Shown one piece after another: positions 11,835-23,194 of a stretch of 64,000 nucleotides of DNA. A program made the position numbers and the translations under genes. Numbering within the stretch: the stretch's first letter is position 1; every line of letters starts with the position of its first letter. The stretch lies in contig CAVPXM010000042.1 in NCBI GenBank assembly GCA_963709405.1, forward strand, positions 1 through 64,000, in the 5' to 3' direction. The DNA is from an uncultured Nitrososphaerales archaeon. GTDB taxonomy: Archaea > Thermoproteota > Nitrososphaeria > Nitrososphaerales > Nitrososphaeraceae. Below the pieces are notes generated by a model. The model did no database searches. It saw nothing but the letters and a program-made list of their open reading frames with translations, and was not told where the DNA came from.

Positions 11835-12042
11835 TTGATTGATTGATTGAATCCAGCAGGGGGCTTACTTATCGAGTAGAACCCCCAACTGGGGAAATGC
11901 GGAACTTCCACTTTACACGACATTCACCTTTGCCGCGTTGCACCACCAGCACGGCATAGTTACCATAACAAATTAAGTCTATAAACAATCTTTACTTTTA
12001 ATCTAATTTATACACTAGGACTTTCCAACAGAAAACATAGCT

Positions 12043-12405
12043 ATAAAGACAATAGAGTTCTTTACCAAACTTGGTTTTAAATTTAATCCTAAATTTACCG
12101 ATGAGAACGCAACATGTATGATTATAGGTGATGATATATTCGTCATGCTCTTGGTTGAAAAATTCTTTAAAAACTTTACTAAGAAGGAGATTTGTGATAC
12201 CTCAAAAAATACTGAAGTAATAGTGGCATTATCTGCCGAAAGCAGAGAAAAAGTAGATCAGATGACAAGTAAGGCTATAGAATCTGGAGGTAATGAATCT
12301 AGAGAGCCACAAGATCACGGGTGGCTGTATGGTCGTAGTTTTGAAGAGATTGATGGGCATATATGGGAAATAATATATATCGATGAAAATGCTATAAGAA
12401 AATGA
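12043..12405 (+). pseudogene. Glyoxalase/VOC-family protein, N-terminally truncated
   Basis: In-frame IEFFTKLGFKFNPKFTDENATCM precedes the called ORF, then QDHGWLYGRSF..DGHIWE; upstream in-frame TAG at 12016 and no start codon. Confidence 0.75.
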
Positions 12406-12818
12406 TTACGCCCTTTGTGATGCCATAAGTAATTTTTGTGTGAAAAATGATAAGATATTATAGAATATAATTAGGCCGATTGATGGAATTATAACCTCGT
12501 AATTCGATTTAGTCAAGTTCTGACTCGACGAAAAGCAGTCCAGGCCTTTCGTTATTCACGCATTACTAGGCAGACAAACCAGTTCACATTTTGTTAGGGA
12601 TATGCAGTCATTACAAATCATTCTCTGGATGCCGCCTTGCTTGTTTTGGTGTGCTAATGTAACAACAGGAACTTGATTTATTACGCTAACCTCTTGCTAT
12701 ATGTGTTTTAAACCAACCATTAAAGTAGATTCTCAACCTGAGTCGTTTGGTTTAGTCAATAGTGCAAGCCATAGAACATTGAATACATATGAAGTATAAT
12801 GTATAGCTGTGAAAATAT

Positions 12819-13514
12819 TTGAAATTAAGAGACATCACCAAGTATCGGGTTATTAAAAGATACTTTCAAAGGTCTAAACAGTCCAGACAAGTCAATTCCT
12901 CTTTTATTCCAGCTAATTCTAAAAATGAATTTGATTATTATCATTTTGATGTTACCAAACCTCCAGAGATCTCTGACTATATAGAAAACAGATTTCTTCC
13001 AATATTTAGGCAGTATAAGAATAATGCTAGAATAAATACTCGCAGATTACGCCTCTGGCGGGTTTCAATTATTGTCCTAACTTTGTTCATGATAATATTT
13101 AATGTAATAGTTATATCAGGTACTAGCAATAGCCCAAGTAACAAATCTTCCTCAATCATTGCCATAGGGATTGTTTCTTCCATCGCTGCAGCACTTATAC
13201 TTGGATTTACTGCATTTTTGCAATTGACAAAGTCTCAAGAAAACTGGCTTTTGTATAGCACGATATCTGAAAAACTAGAACGCGAATATAACCTGTTCAA
13301 GTTCAAAGGTGGTCCATATTCTTTGTCCGCAAATAACGAAAAAGAAGGAGAATCTGCTGACGTAAACAAGATTAATAAGTTATTTGTAGAAAGTGTTGAA
13401 AATATAATTTTAACACAAGGATCAGAGCCAAGACCCAGATATTCTTCCTCTACTACTACTGCTGCTCCTACCAATCATCATGAGTCAATGCCATCATCAA
13501 CGACAACTTCTTAA
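12819..13514 (+). CDS. DUF4231 / SLATT-like two-TM protein
   Basis: Two hydrophobic helices then QENWLLYSTISEKLEREYNLF...GGPY...LFVESVENII. Confidence 0.8.
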   Translation: MKLRDITKYRVIKRYFQRSKQSRQVNSSFIPANSKNEFDYYHFDVTKPPEISDYIENRFLPIFRQYKNNARINTRRLRLWRVSIIVLTLFMIIFNVIVISGTSNSPSNKSSSIIAIGIVSSIAAALILGFTAFLQLTKSQENWLLYSTISEKLEREYNLFKFKGGPYSLSANNEKEGESADVNKINKLFVESVENIILTQGSEPRPRYSSSTTTAAPTNHHESMPSSTTTS

Positions 13515-14563
13515 GAGTCAAATAAAAAAGAAAATGGATTATCATAGTTTTCTGAAGCTAATTATAAACAAAATAAAAACTGTCTTGATTTTTCAGACTT
13601 ACATACACATATTTTATTAGTCTTTTGCCCATTTTTTCATCCAGTTTAACGGATAGATGTATCAGGAAGATATTTCAAGACAAATATACCTCTATCCTTT
13701 AATAATACTGTGCTCAGTGTAGAAGCGGACAACAACGTTAGGGATAATGATGAGATATCATTTTTTGATTATTCGGAGCACTATTGTATATGCTATATAG
13801 ATATGGTAGATTCTACGAGAGTCATATCTCAAATTAATAAAAGTGATAAGATTGCGCAATATTATTCTATATTTCTTAACTCAATATCAGTTATAGTTCA
13901 CGAGTTTGCTGGAAAAATAATTAAGAATACTGGAGATGGCATGATATGCTATTTTCCAGAAACATCCGACCATAACAAGAAACCTGCATTTAGAAATGTT
14001 ATCGAATGTGGATTAACCATGATGGCAGCATTTCGATTTATCAACATTAGGATGCATGAAATGGATCTCCCAGACGTTAGCTATCGAATTAGCGCAGATT
14101 ACGGAAGATTTAGCATCGCAAAATCACCAACATCACAAAGTTATGACTTATTCGGTCCAACAATGAATTTGTGTGCAAAGATAAATTCAAAAGCTGCTCC
14201 AAATAGCATGGTAATAGGAAGCGATCTTTATCAGATGTTGAAATCTATTTTTTCCTCGTCTCGGTCTGTTTTGGATAATTATTATTTCAAACATGTGGGA
14301 GAATATGTTGTTGATGGATTAAAGAACGCGTATCCTGTATATTCGGTCATTAGTAAATATCCTAATGAAGATTATTATCATGCTATACAAATCGATAATG
14401 AGAGATTATTGCAAGAAAAACGACAAAGAAAAGAGCAATTAGTTGAATTGCAGCAAGAGAAAGAAGTCGAGAATAAAGCAATGAGGTTTAAAAATCAACG
14501 TAAACCTACTGAATTGCAACGACAACAAGTGAAGGAAGAGAAGATCCATCTACAATATTTTAA

Positions 14564-15494
14564 GGTAATACCTAAGAGTTTGGAACAGATTCTACCATCA
14601 TCTTTGTCAGTATTCTGAAGATATTTTCGTTCCTATGATTGAACCTGAACTCTATTTCCTTTAAATAAACTTCAAAGTATGATTTCGGTACACCTCGGTA
14701 GTGATATAGCCATGTCTTGGCATAGCTCCAGAATCCTTCGATACCATTGATATGAGTTGCTTCATCTCTAACATATTCTTCCTTTCCATGAAGTATCATC
14801 TGATGTTTACCTATCAAATTCAATGTAGCATATGCAATATGATCATCCGTATAATACAAGGAACCTTTCTTTGTATGCTGTTTTATCAATGGGATCAAAG
14901 TATCATGTTTTCTGTCGGATACAGGGAATGTGATGACCTTGCCATTTCTCTGGTATATTCCAAATACTAGGCTTTTACCTTCAGATCCCCATCCACGTTT
15001 TCCTTTCCTATGTCCACCAAATAACGCTTCATCTATTTCTAATTGTCCGGACAACTTCTTTAACTCTTTTAGTTTCAGCAACGACTCATTGTAGATTGAT
15101 TGTCTGAATACTCTGAATGTCTTCTCTATCGTAGTCAAACTAAGTGGTACATAAAACCTGATCCTGTATGCAGGTACTCCTAGAGCGAATAGGTACGTAA
15201 GATGTACTAGTTTATCAAGCGAAAAGTTGAATTCTCCGATATACGTTCCTGTAAACTCTCCAAACTTGTATTTACAACGTCTGCATCCAAATCTCTTATC
15301 TTTAATATGATACAACAATCGGTATCCACATCTTGGACATTGTCTCCTTCCCTTCCATCTAGCATGACGAAAGTGCACGGAGCACTTTTTGTCACGCTTC
15401 CAGCGAGTTCTATTGGACTGTATTCACGCACGCAGCACGAATGTACCAGTCAAAATTATTCTTTATTTCTTGTTCCAAATGTTTGGGTATTACC
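14564..15494 (-). mobile_element. IS1595-family insertion sequence, 931 bp
   Basis: Imperfect ~24-bp TIRs GGTAATACCTAAGAGTTTGGAACA / GGTAATACCCAAACATTTGGAACA; 8-bp TSD TATTTTAA at 14556-14563 and 15495-15502. Confidence 0.95.
14572..15378 (-). CDS. IS1595-family transposase
   Basis: CPRC..CRRC Zn ribbon; EIDEALFGG, YTDD, HINGIEGFWS and YLKEIEFRFN. Confidence 0.93.
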   Translation of the reverse strand: MHFRHARWKGRRQCPRCGYRLLYHIKDKRFGCRRCKYKFGEFTGTYIGEFNFSLDKLVHLTYLFALGVPAYRIRFYVPLSLTTIEKTFRVFRQSIYNESLLKLKELKKLSGQLEIDEALFGGHRKGKRGWGSEGKSLVFGIYQRNGKVITFPVSDRKHDTLIPLIKQHTKKGSLYYTDDHIAYATLNLIGKHQMILHGKEEYVRDEATHINGIEGFWSYAKTWLYHYRGVPKSYFEVYLKEIEFRFNHRNENIFRILTKMMVESVPNS

Positions 15495-16139
15495 TATTTT
15501 AATAGTAGAAGATGAACCAGATGTAATATATACATATAAAGAAATGTTACAAAGTGAAGGCTACAACGTAGATACTTTCAAAGATCCGTATGGAGCATTA
15601 AGACACTTTGCAGAAAAAGATCCTTCATACTACGGACTAGTTCTCCTAGACATAAGAATGCCCAAGCTCAATGGACTACAACTATATTATAGGATCAAAG
15701 CTATCAGTCACAATACCAAGATAATATTTTTGACAGCCCTTGATGTTACAGACGAATTAGTAAGTATATTGCCTGACATGACGTCTGATTATATAATTAA
15801 AAAACCCGCGGATCTTAATCTTATTGTCAATACGGTGAAACGAGTTATATCTAGCTAAATAGTATCCCCTGAAATCAAGTTGTCGTCGATATTTTCATTT
15901 CACAATATTAATTTCATTGTAACTCTTCGTAATTGCAAAACAGGTAATCTATTCAATATTTAACATCAATTGTCACAATCATGGGTTCAGAGCCTAGATC
16001 TAGATATTCTTCTACAATTACTACTGCTACTACTACCAATCATCATAAGCCAACATCTTCATCATCGAATACGATTGCACAAGAGTGACAAAATAGACAC
16101 ACATCATATGCCTTAAAGATTGGTGGAACCGCCAGAAAA

Positions 16140-16569
16140 AACTTTAGCACTATTGGCCAAGCGCACTTTGAAAAAACATTCAATGTCAACGAAGGGCTTC
16201 TCTTTACTGTGCAAAAGGCACTTCCACTATTTCAAGACGGTGGTTCGATTGTTCTAAACGCATCAACCGCAGGATCAAAAGCCGCAGATGGGTTCAGTGT
16301 TTATGGCGCAACCAGGCCAGAAGATTCGAGTCAATGCCATTAGTCCGGGTCCTATAGACACGCCGGGCCTTAGGGGGTTTGTTAGTGGGTTGGCTCAGAG
16401 TGAAAAACAGACCGAGCAGGTTAAGATGAGCATTGTATCCAGCGTGCCACTGGGACGGATGGGAACTCCTGATGAAGTCGCGAAAGTTGTTTCATTCCTC
16501 GCGTCTGATGACAGCAGTTTTATCACCGGTATAGAACTGTTCGTCGATGGAGGTATGGCACAAATCTAA
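16140..16569 (+). pseudogene. SDR oxidoreductase C-terminal fragment
   Basis: FTVQKALPLFQDGGSIVLNAS in one frame, IRVNAISPGPIDT...ELFVDGG in another; N-terminus absent. Confidence 0.8.
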
Positions 16570-16974
16570 ACTAACAGAGTAGGCCGAGTCAAAGAGCTGA
16601 CGCTCACCGAAAAACTGTATAGTCGGTCCAAATAAGTAAGTAAGACCCACGGTTTGTCTTATCGACTGTCTTGGTTTGACAACATCTTCAAGAACGACTT
16701 TGCTACGCCTACAAGCTTATGAATATATTTATTACTAGATTAAGATATCGACATATTATCTCACGTAGTGATCGTTTGAACAAGACATTGAATTTGTAGC
16801 TCTAAATGTGCAATGGTTCTTGTATCCAGAAAGGAATATTGATTATGGCCAGATGAGTGGTGATGATAGTATTTTATATCGTTGTCATAAGGAGTATGAC
16901 TTACAGATGGTCTTTGAAATATTCGTTGCCATTATGTCTATTTGTTATCGTAGTTAACTGGTAAAGGAATCAGA

Positions 16975-17779
16975 TTAGACTGTTGGAACCGTTCCACCAT
17001 CAATTACATACTCACTTCCATTAATTGATGATGCTCTGTCCGAGACCAAGAAAGCGACCAATTCGGCTACCTCTTCAGGACGTCCAGGACGACCGATGGG
17101 AATGCCGCCAAGGGAATTCATTAATTCTTGGCGTGCAGTCTGCATATCAGATCCGGTTTGTTTGGACAAACGCTCTATAAGTGCTTGAGCAGCAGAAGTC
17201 TCTATGAATCCTGGAGCTATTGTATTGACACGAACTCCTTTTGGGCCCACTTCCTTTGATAATCCCTTGCTGTAAGTTGTTAACGCTGCTTTGGCGGCCG
17301 CATAAGCCAGTGTAGCTTCAAAAAGTGGAAGTCTTCGCTGAATCGAGGAGATATGGATAATAACACCATTGCCTTGCTTAAGCATTCCAGGCAGTAACCC
17401 TCGATCTAACCGAACAGCAGCCAATAGATTTACACTCAGCTCCTTTTGCCATTCCTCATCGCTCAAGACGCGGAAAGCCTCCGCTTGGTGCAGATGATCC
17501 TCCGACAACATTTACAAGAATGTCGATGCCACCAAAATGAGAAATGACCTCATTGACTAGTTTCTTACATCCCTCTGCCGTGCTAAGGTCAGCTTGAACA
17601 AATTTAAGTTCGCGATTTTGATGATCGCTCGGCATGCTGGTCGTGCGCTCGTTATGACTTTGGCTCCTCCGTCAAGTAAGGCGACTTACGATGGCTTTGC
17701 CCATTCCGGCAGTTCCCCCGGTAACGAGAACACGTTTTCCGCTAAATTCATCAGCGATAAATGGAAATTTCGTTGACAT
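16975..17779 (-). pseudogene. SDR oxidoreductase, frameshifted
   Basis: ATG at 17779 gives MSTKFPFIADEFSGKRVLVTGGTAGMGKA; YAAAK catalytic motif in the downstream frame. Confidence 0.85.
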
Positions 17780-17859
17780 GATCATTCTCTGTTATCTAAT
17801 ATTTTGAATATTTCTATTTTATGATAAAGATCATACGAATACAAAATATTCACAAATAT

Positions 17860-18427
17860 TCATTTGGTCCATGGAGAATACGCAAGGAAATAAAAAGCAG
17901 GATGGATTGATAGGCCCATTATCTTTTCGGGCCGAATCTTTATTATAATTCGCTTATGATTTGGTTTTCGGTAGTAATATTTTCCAATTCCAAGATACTT
18001 TTTGGCAAGCCTTTTGAGATGCTCATCTGCTCCTTCGGTTGTCCGCTCGATTACCCTTCCTTTTATTGACACCATATTAAATGGATTGTTCTGCTCAACA
18101 ACGGATAGGGCTATTCTTTTATCATTTGTTATATGTTTGTTTTTTGCTGAGGTTTCAAAAGTATTTATCAAAGATCAAATCGTCGACCATCTCTGCCCAA
18201 ACTGGGGTGAGATGTGGAGATCCATCTTTTGACGATGTGGACAAAAAAGCTAAATTTCTGCCATTAAAAAATTGGTATACTTCCTCTTTAGTAAGTTGTG
18301 TTACACCTGCTGCTAATTCATTTGCTGCAGTTGTTGTTACATCACTTTCTGATTCTATCGGAGGTGTATCAACCACTTCTACTGAAGTTATTATCCTTCT
18401 ACTACTATCATCATTACCTTTTTGCAT
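17860..18427 (-). pseudogene. PPOX-class F420-dependent oxidoreductase, one frameshift
   Basis: LAFLST..KDGSPHLTPVW then INT...KNKHI..DKRIALSV...LAKKYLG; shift near 18170 in a T run. Confidence 0.85.
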
Positions 18428-18699
18428 GTTGTTAGAACACTAGATAACTGTGTATTAATTATTATGCTACGCTAGATTGCAATCTGATAATAATAATTTT
18501 TGATACACAAAATTAGAAAGATTTGATTCGTATAAGGCAGAATCAGTAGTGAAGTATTTGCACAGCCTTGAATTGTAAGCGGAAATGAGGTATAGGTTCA
18601 ATTATTTTAATTAATTAGTGTATGTGTTCAGTCGTCAAATGCCGACACTATAGTCGTTAGATTATAGAACTGTCACTACATTTATCTATCGAAATTTTC

Positions 18700-19210
18700 G
18701 GTCCTGGATCAATCCATCCAAGAGAACATCCCTCTGAACAAAACTGTAAGATTTCACAACAAGGACCAGTATGGTTTTTAGCAGATCTTCTTAGCGGAAG
18801 TCAAGTCCGCAAGCTGCACAGTCCCATCTAATTTGTCTATTCTTGTTCCTCTAGTAGGAGGTTTTTGTGGGGCAGATTCAGAAGGTGTTAAGAATGATGA
18901 CGATTTGCGACATTGTGCAATGGCTGGCGACGATTATGCTGCCATGAAAGTCACTTTAGACGGAAAGGAAATCATGAATTTAGACAAAAATCGGGTTCAA
19001 ACGGGGTTCTTTAACATCACTTATGGTAAGGACAATATCTATAAACACTCGCCAGCGACGGTTAAAGGTTTTGCTGATGGCTATTACCTATTTTTGAAAC
19101 CCATGACACCAGGACAACATATCCTGAATTTAAAAACAAATGTATTAAACCCGGTTAATTCTGAATTTAACTACTCCGCAGACTTAACGTATCATTTGAC
19201 TGCAAAATAA
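18700..19210 (+). pseudogene. Degraded paralogue of the secreted protein at 23195
   Basis: QQGPVWFLA upstream; ADGYYLFLKPMTPGQH. Confidence 0.7.
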
Positions 19211-19373
19211 AGGATGACAAATAGTCTGAGCGGTTGTTGCGCACCGAGTATTCTGATTCCAAGCTCTTCACTTGACGTGTATTACTTGTCTTTGAAATAA
19301 TTTTTGATTTCCGTTCGTAGACTCGTATGAATCAAATGAATACAATATCTGCAGACCATATTGATAAGAATTA

Positions 19374-19769
19374 TTAATAAAATCTTAATTCTTCCAATTT
19401 TACCTTGTCTTTAATATTCATAAAATAATCTACAATTTTATCCCTGTTATCTTTCTGTAATTGCTCGAACCTAGACGTATCATCGAATGTCTCTTTATCA
19501 GATAATACATAATCAAGTCCTTGTTCCAGTATCATGTCAAACATTTCTCGATTTGTTAACGCTTGATAAAGATCTTGTTTATTTTTTATTCGAACAGCAG
19601 AGGTATCTTTTCTAGCTACGGCTAAGGCAATTTCTACTGCAAAAGCCATATTAGCCAATTCAAATAGATCTTCAACATCAAACTTTGCACTTGATGATTT
19701 TCCTTTCTCATAAGGACATTCAAATCTGTTTACTACAGGACAAGGATATTCTGGTGGAGTATTGTTCAT
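19374..19769 (-). CDS. Hypothetical protein (YPCP...CPY family)
   Basis: 131-aa ORF overlapping the upstream stop; degenerate homologue at ~51900-52085. Confidence 0.65.
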   Translation of the reverse strand: MNNTPPEYPCPVVNRFECPYEKGKSSSAKFDVEDLFELANMAFAVEIALAVARKDTSAVRIKNKQDLYQALTNREMFDMILEQGLDYVLSDKETFDDTSRFEQLQKDNRDKIVDYFMNIKDKVKLEELRFY

Positions 19770-20159
19770 CTATCTTTTACTAATCCTTTAGCAACTAATC
19801 TATTAATACCAATGAATATTGGGTCATCTCTCTCAGGACTTAACAAGCAATGAAAACACTTTGTTCTACCATAATTTGGATTCCTTTTATATTCCATCAA
19901 GTCCAAATAATCAGAATACCATTTCCTTGTCTGTTCATCACTATCTTTTAGTTCACTTTCTGTTAGAAATGTCCTGAGACTTATCGAAATCATCAGGAAA
20001 ATATTCTAGTGCGTAAGGTGTTCCTCTAAGTTGAATCCAATCATTTAATGGAATTATTTCTTTGCCTCTCCAGTGGTTTGAATCGTTACCATCACCATTA
20101 AAAGAATCTAATCTTTCAATCCTTTTAGATAGATTACTGATTGATCTCTCTAGATTCAA
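19766..20159 (-). pseudogene. Hypothetical protein, probably one gene split by a frameshift
   Basis: Two overlapping ORFs (19953-20159, 19766-19993) join near 19980; the start is duplicated at ~33885-33995. Confidence 0.5.
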
Positions 20160-20311
20160 TAGTTTGTAGTCTCTCCTCTAATGACTTTATGTGCATAATT
20201 GATGGACCTTCTTTGAATAATGCAAATTTAGCTCTCATTGCATTCCCTTATCACTTTCAATGCTAAAAGTTTGTCTTTTGGTGTTAAATTGACTATTGTC
20301 CTGTCCTTTGA
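20049..20311 (-). repeat. Inverted duplicate, copy A (3' end of HTH gene plus start of next gene)
   Basis: Manual alignment with 33734-33995: 9 substitutions and 1 indel over ~262 bp. Confidence 0.92.
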
Positions 20312-21450
20312 CCGGAAAGGTTGCACTCATAATACAAAATTTGGCATCGTATTGATCATGAAGATGTCTAATAAGACTTTTTATTATACCAAATGTCTCT
20401 GAATCATATGCATGAATCTCATCAAAGATAACCAAAGACTTTTTCATCAAAAATGATTTTAGACTGTATCTACCGTGATTCATCATAGCTAATATTAGCT
20501 GATCCGGAGTAGTAACATTTAATGAGTAAAAAAATTTTTATACAAGCTGAGGTTTGCCTTAGTAGGATTAAGTCCTTCTAATTTCAGATACAAATCTACA
20601 TTACTAAAATACTCTGATACAACACTTCTATCTAGACCGTATCTCGACTCATCTATCAAGCGTTGATACATTGCATTTATTGTAGTCATAGTCGGAAGTG
20701 TGTAGAAGGTTCTAAAAGCAGAAGTAAGGTTCCCAATAAGCCATAATAGTGCCGTTTCTGTTTTACCAGAGCCTGTGGGTAGTGTTATGAAAACATTACC
20801 AATGGTATTCTTTGCTTTTATCTGATAATGATATGGTTCGGGGAGGAAATTGTCTTTAAAGTTCAGTGGAATTTCTACCTGCCCACTTGCTAACCAATCA
20901 GAATAGTTCAATATTCCTTGAATCTCTACAAAGTATTCTCGTAATCTAATTCCATCCACCAGAGATGATGGAATTGGCAAATTTAATTTTGATTGGTCTA
21001 ATGCTAACTTACAGTTCTTTGCATAATATTCCGTAATATCAAATGCATTGATCCCGATACGTTTTGCTAATCCATAAACTATATTTTCAAATGCCTCTTT
21101 ATTAGCTAGCTCCAAATAGCAACAATTCTCTTGTACTTTAGAATAGAGCTTTTGATGTAGTGCAGTGTGATGAGATGCAACAGCTAGAACTACTAGACTT
21201 TTCAGGATTTCGTTATCCAATGATTGTGCAAGCTCATAAATGATAGGCAATCCTAATAACGGATGATATATTTTAGGTCCATTTTTATTAATCAGACAGT
21301 ATTGGAATCGTGCATCGGCTTTGCCAATATCATGAAATGCGCAAGCTATTTTTATAGCTCTTATGAGATCGTTGTCGTTAATGGTATACTTTTTAATTAA
21401 CTCCTCCGCATGATCCAACGTCTTTGAAAGATGAGATAATAGTGGTTCAG
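20312..21450 (-). pseudogene. cas3: Cas3 (HD nuclease plus SF2 helicase), truncated after motif III
   Basis: EPLLSH, FHDIGK, YHP, SHH, SDWLAS, PTGSGKT, TTPDQ, FDEIH and MSATFP; frameshift in a T run near 20530; cut at repeat copy A. Confidence 0.93.
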
Positions 21451-22000
21451 TGTCCTACTTTGGCCATGTCGAAGTGTTCGGGCGAGACAAAGCCGTCTGT
21501 ATTATAAAGTATAGTCTCAGCCTGAGCCTGCACAAGATTAAGTAAAGATAAAAATTCTGGCGAGTGCCTACATCGCCTGAAATCAAATAAAAACTTCTTT
21601 AGTTTCTTGGGATTTCTTTCTTTCTTTTTCATGGTCTTTCCAAGATTATACCCTGTGCTATTCGCATCTCTAAATACATCCTTCTCCGACAACGATAATT
21701 CATCCATTATTACTGAAATAAAAGATTTGAGATATGGTATTACGTTATTTTCGCTGCCCTTTAACATCAATAGAGATTCTATGGTTTCCCAATCCCACCT
21801 TCTGTATGCTAACAACCCTCTAAAGAGACGTCTTCTCTTTATAAAATCCCGTTGATTGATCGAATATGCATGTGGGCTACCGACTTCATGTTTCTTAACA
21901 TCCGTTGTTCTAAGATTTCTAAAGAAAATCTTAAACGCATCTTTGTTATTCGCATTTTGCTTGAATCTGTAAAATCCTCTTATGGAACGGTAGAGTAGGT
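21447..22000 (-). pseudogene. Probable type I Cas8 large-subunit C-terminal fragment
   Basis: Helical C-terminus GYNLGK...LKKFLFDFRR...EFLSLL directly upstream of cas3; assignment relies on context. Confidence 0.55.
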
Positions 22001-22271
22001 AAAGATGCCTACATAGAGGAATATAGACAAAGAATAATGGAATTAAACGAGCAGCGTAGAGATTTATGGGAACTAGTCAGAAAATATGAATATCAACCAT
22101 TTGTTCAAATCTCATCTCATAAAAAAATCCATGCTCTTACAAAATCTATTTTACAACTATATGAAACACTTCCACTATTGGTAACTAACAGCAATATACC
22201 CAATGGCGATATATTTTGTGATTCAATCTACGAAGATACGACTGGTAAATATCCCGATCTTTCTGCATGAC

Positions 22272-22420
22272 TTAATAATCTATATTCTTGAGTTTGAGCA
22301 AGTGCTTAGATCCGATATAAGAGGCTACCACTGGATTACGTTCACATACTTCTTTAATCAACTCTTCTGATATCATTGATCTCTTCTCTTGTAAAATTTG
22401 GATAGAAACAGTAGAAAGAA
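22272..22420 (-). pseudogene. Fragment of the N-x-x-V/I-x-x-Y-x-G domain family
   Basis: SIQILQEKRSMISEELIKEVCERNPVVASYIG aligns with 25878-26159. Confidence 0.55.
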
Positions 22421-22483
22421 TAATGACAGAACGTAGTCAACTCAAACAAGCTGTTTATATTTAATGAGTATTCTTTCAAAGCT

Positions 22484-23093
22484 ATGAGTACATCTCAAAA
22501 TGAACCTTCGGACGAGGAAGTCATTAAATGGTGGCAGTGGATTTTGAGTATCCCAGCAAGCAAAAGTCCATTTCTTGGAGGCCAAAATGTCAATGTAGAT
22601 CAAGACAAGACCATATCCTATTGTCTTGCGTGGTACTGGCGGCCTGGGATCTAGGGGGGGTAAGGACTTTGATCGTGTATTGGATTTGCGTGACAAGAAA
22701 AAGAAGGCCATAATGATCCCTGTATTTGTGGCAGCCTATACGGCCGAAGAAATTCCACCCACTGTAAGTAAAAGGGATCCACTTGAGTATGCTCGGCGTC
22801 TAGTAAATCCGCAAAATCTTTCTACAGATAATTTTTCTAAGACTATGATTATTGACGGCATCGACAAGAAGCCATTTTTTAAAGACAACATATCATTTTC
22901 TGCAGAAGTGCCAGACAATCATGTACTTGATGTAAACGTTCCCAAGGGCACTTATACGTTCTTTAGTAGCGGATGGTGGTACAAGATCCCTATTGAAGAG
23001 CAGCACACCGGTAGCGACATTATCATACAATTTGGAGGAAAAAATATCGATGCAAATTTCGAGACAGAAGTCAAATATACCATAAAGGTCTGA
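22484..23093 (+). pseudogene. Paralogue of the 23195 family without a signal peptide, one frameshift
   Basis: MSTSQNEPSDEEVIKWWQWILSIPA...CLA joins GTGG via a shift near 22630; SSGWW. Confidence 0.65.
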
Positions 23094-23194
23094 AATAAAC
23101 CATTTGGTTTATGCGGATCACCATCACGTGACAGCTGAAACCTGTACGAGCAGAATACCTTATAAGTCACTTTTTTTAGTAAGAGTCTAGGAAT

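Larger units (their letters stand above)
13710..15858 (+). pseudogene. Class III adenylate/guanylate cyclase with coiled coil and C-terminal receiver domain, interrupted by IS1595
   Basis: IDMVDST, KNTGDG and DLFGPTMNLCAKI cyclase motifs; receiver ILIVEDE...LLDIRMP...FLTA...KKP resumes after the IS. Confidence 0.85.

Noticed and set aside
15307-15494. N-terminal extension of the response-regulator ORF
   Set aside because: Read-through from inside IS1595; the real receiver starts at the TSD
19200-22500. CRISPR array near cas3
   Set aside because: No regularly spaced 25-40 bp repeats seen here or elsewhere in the window
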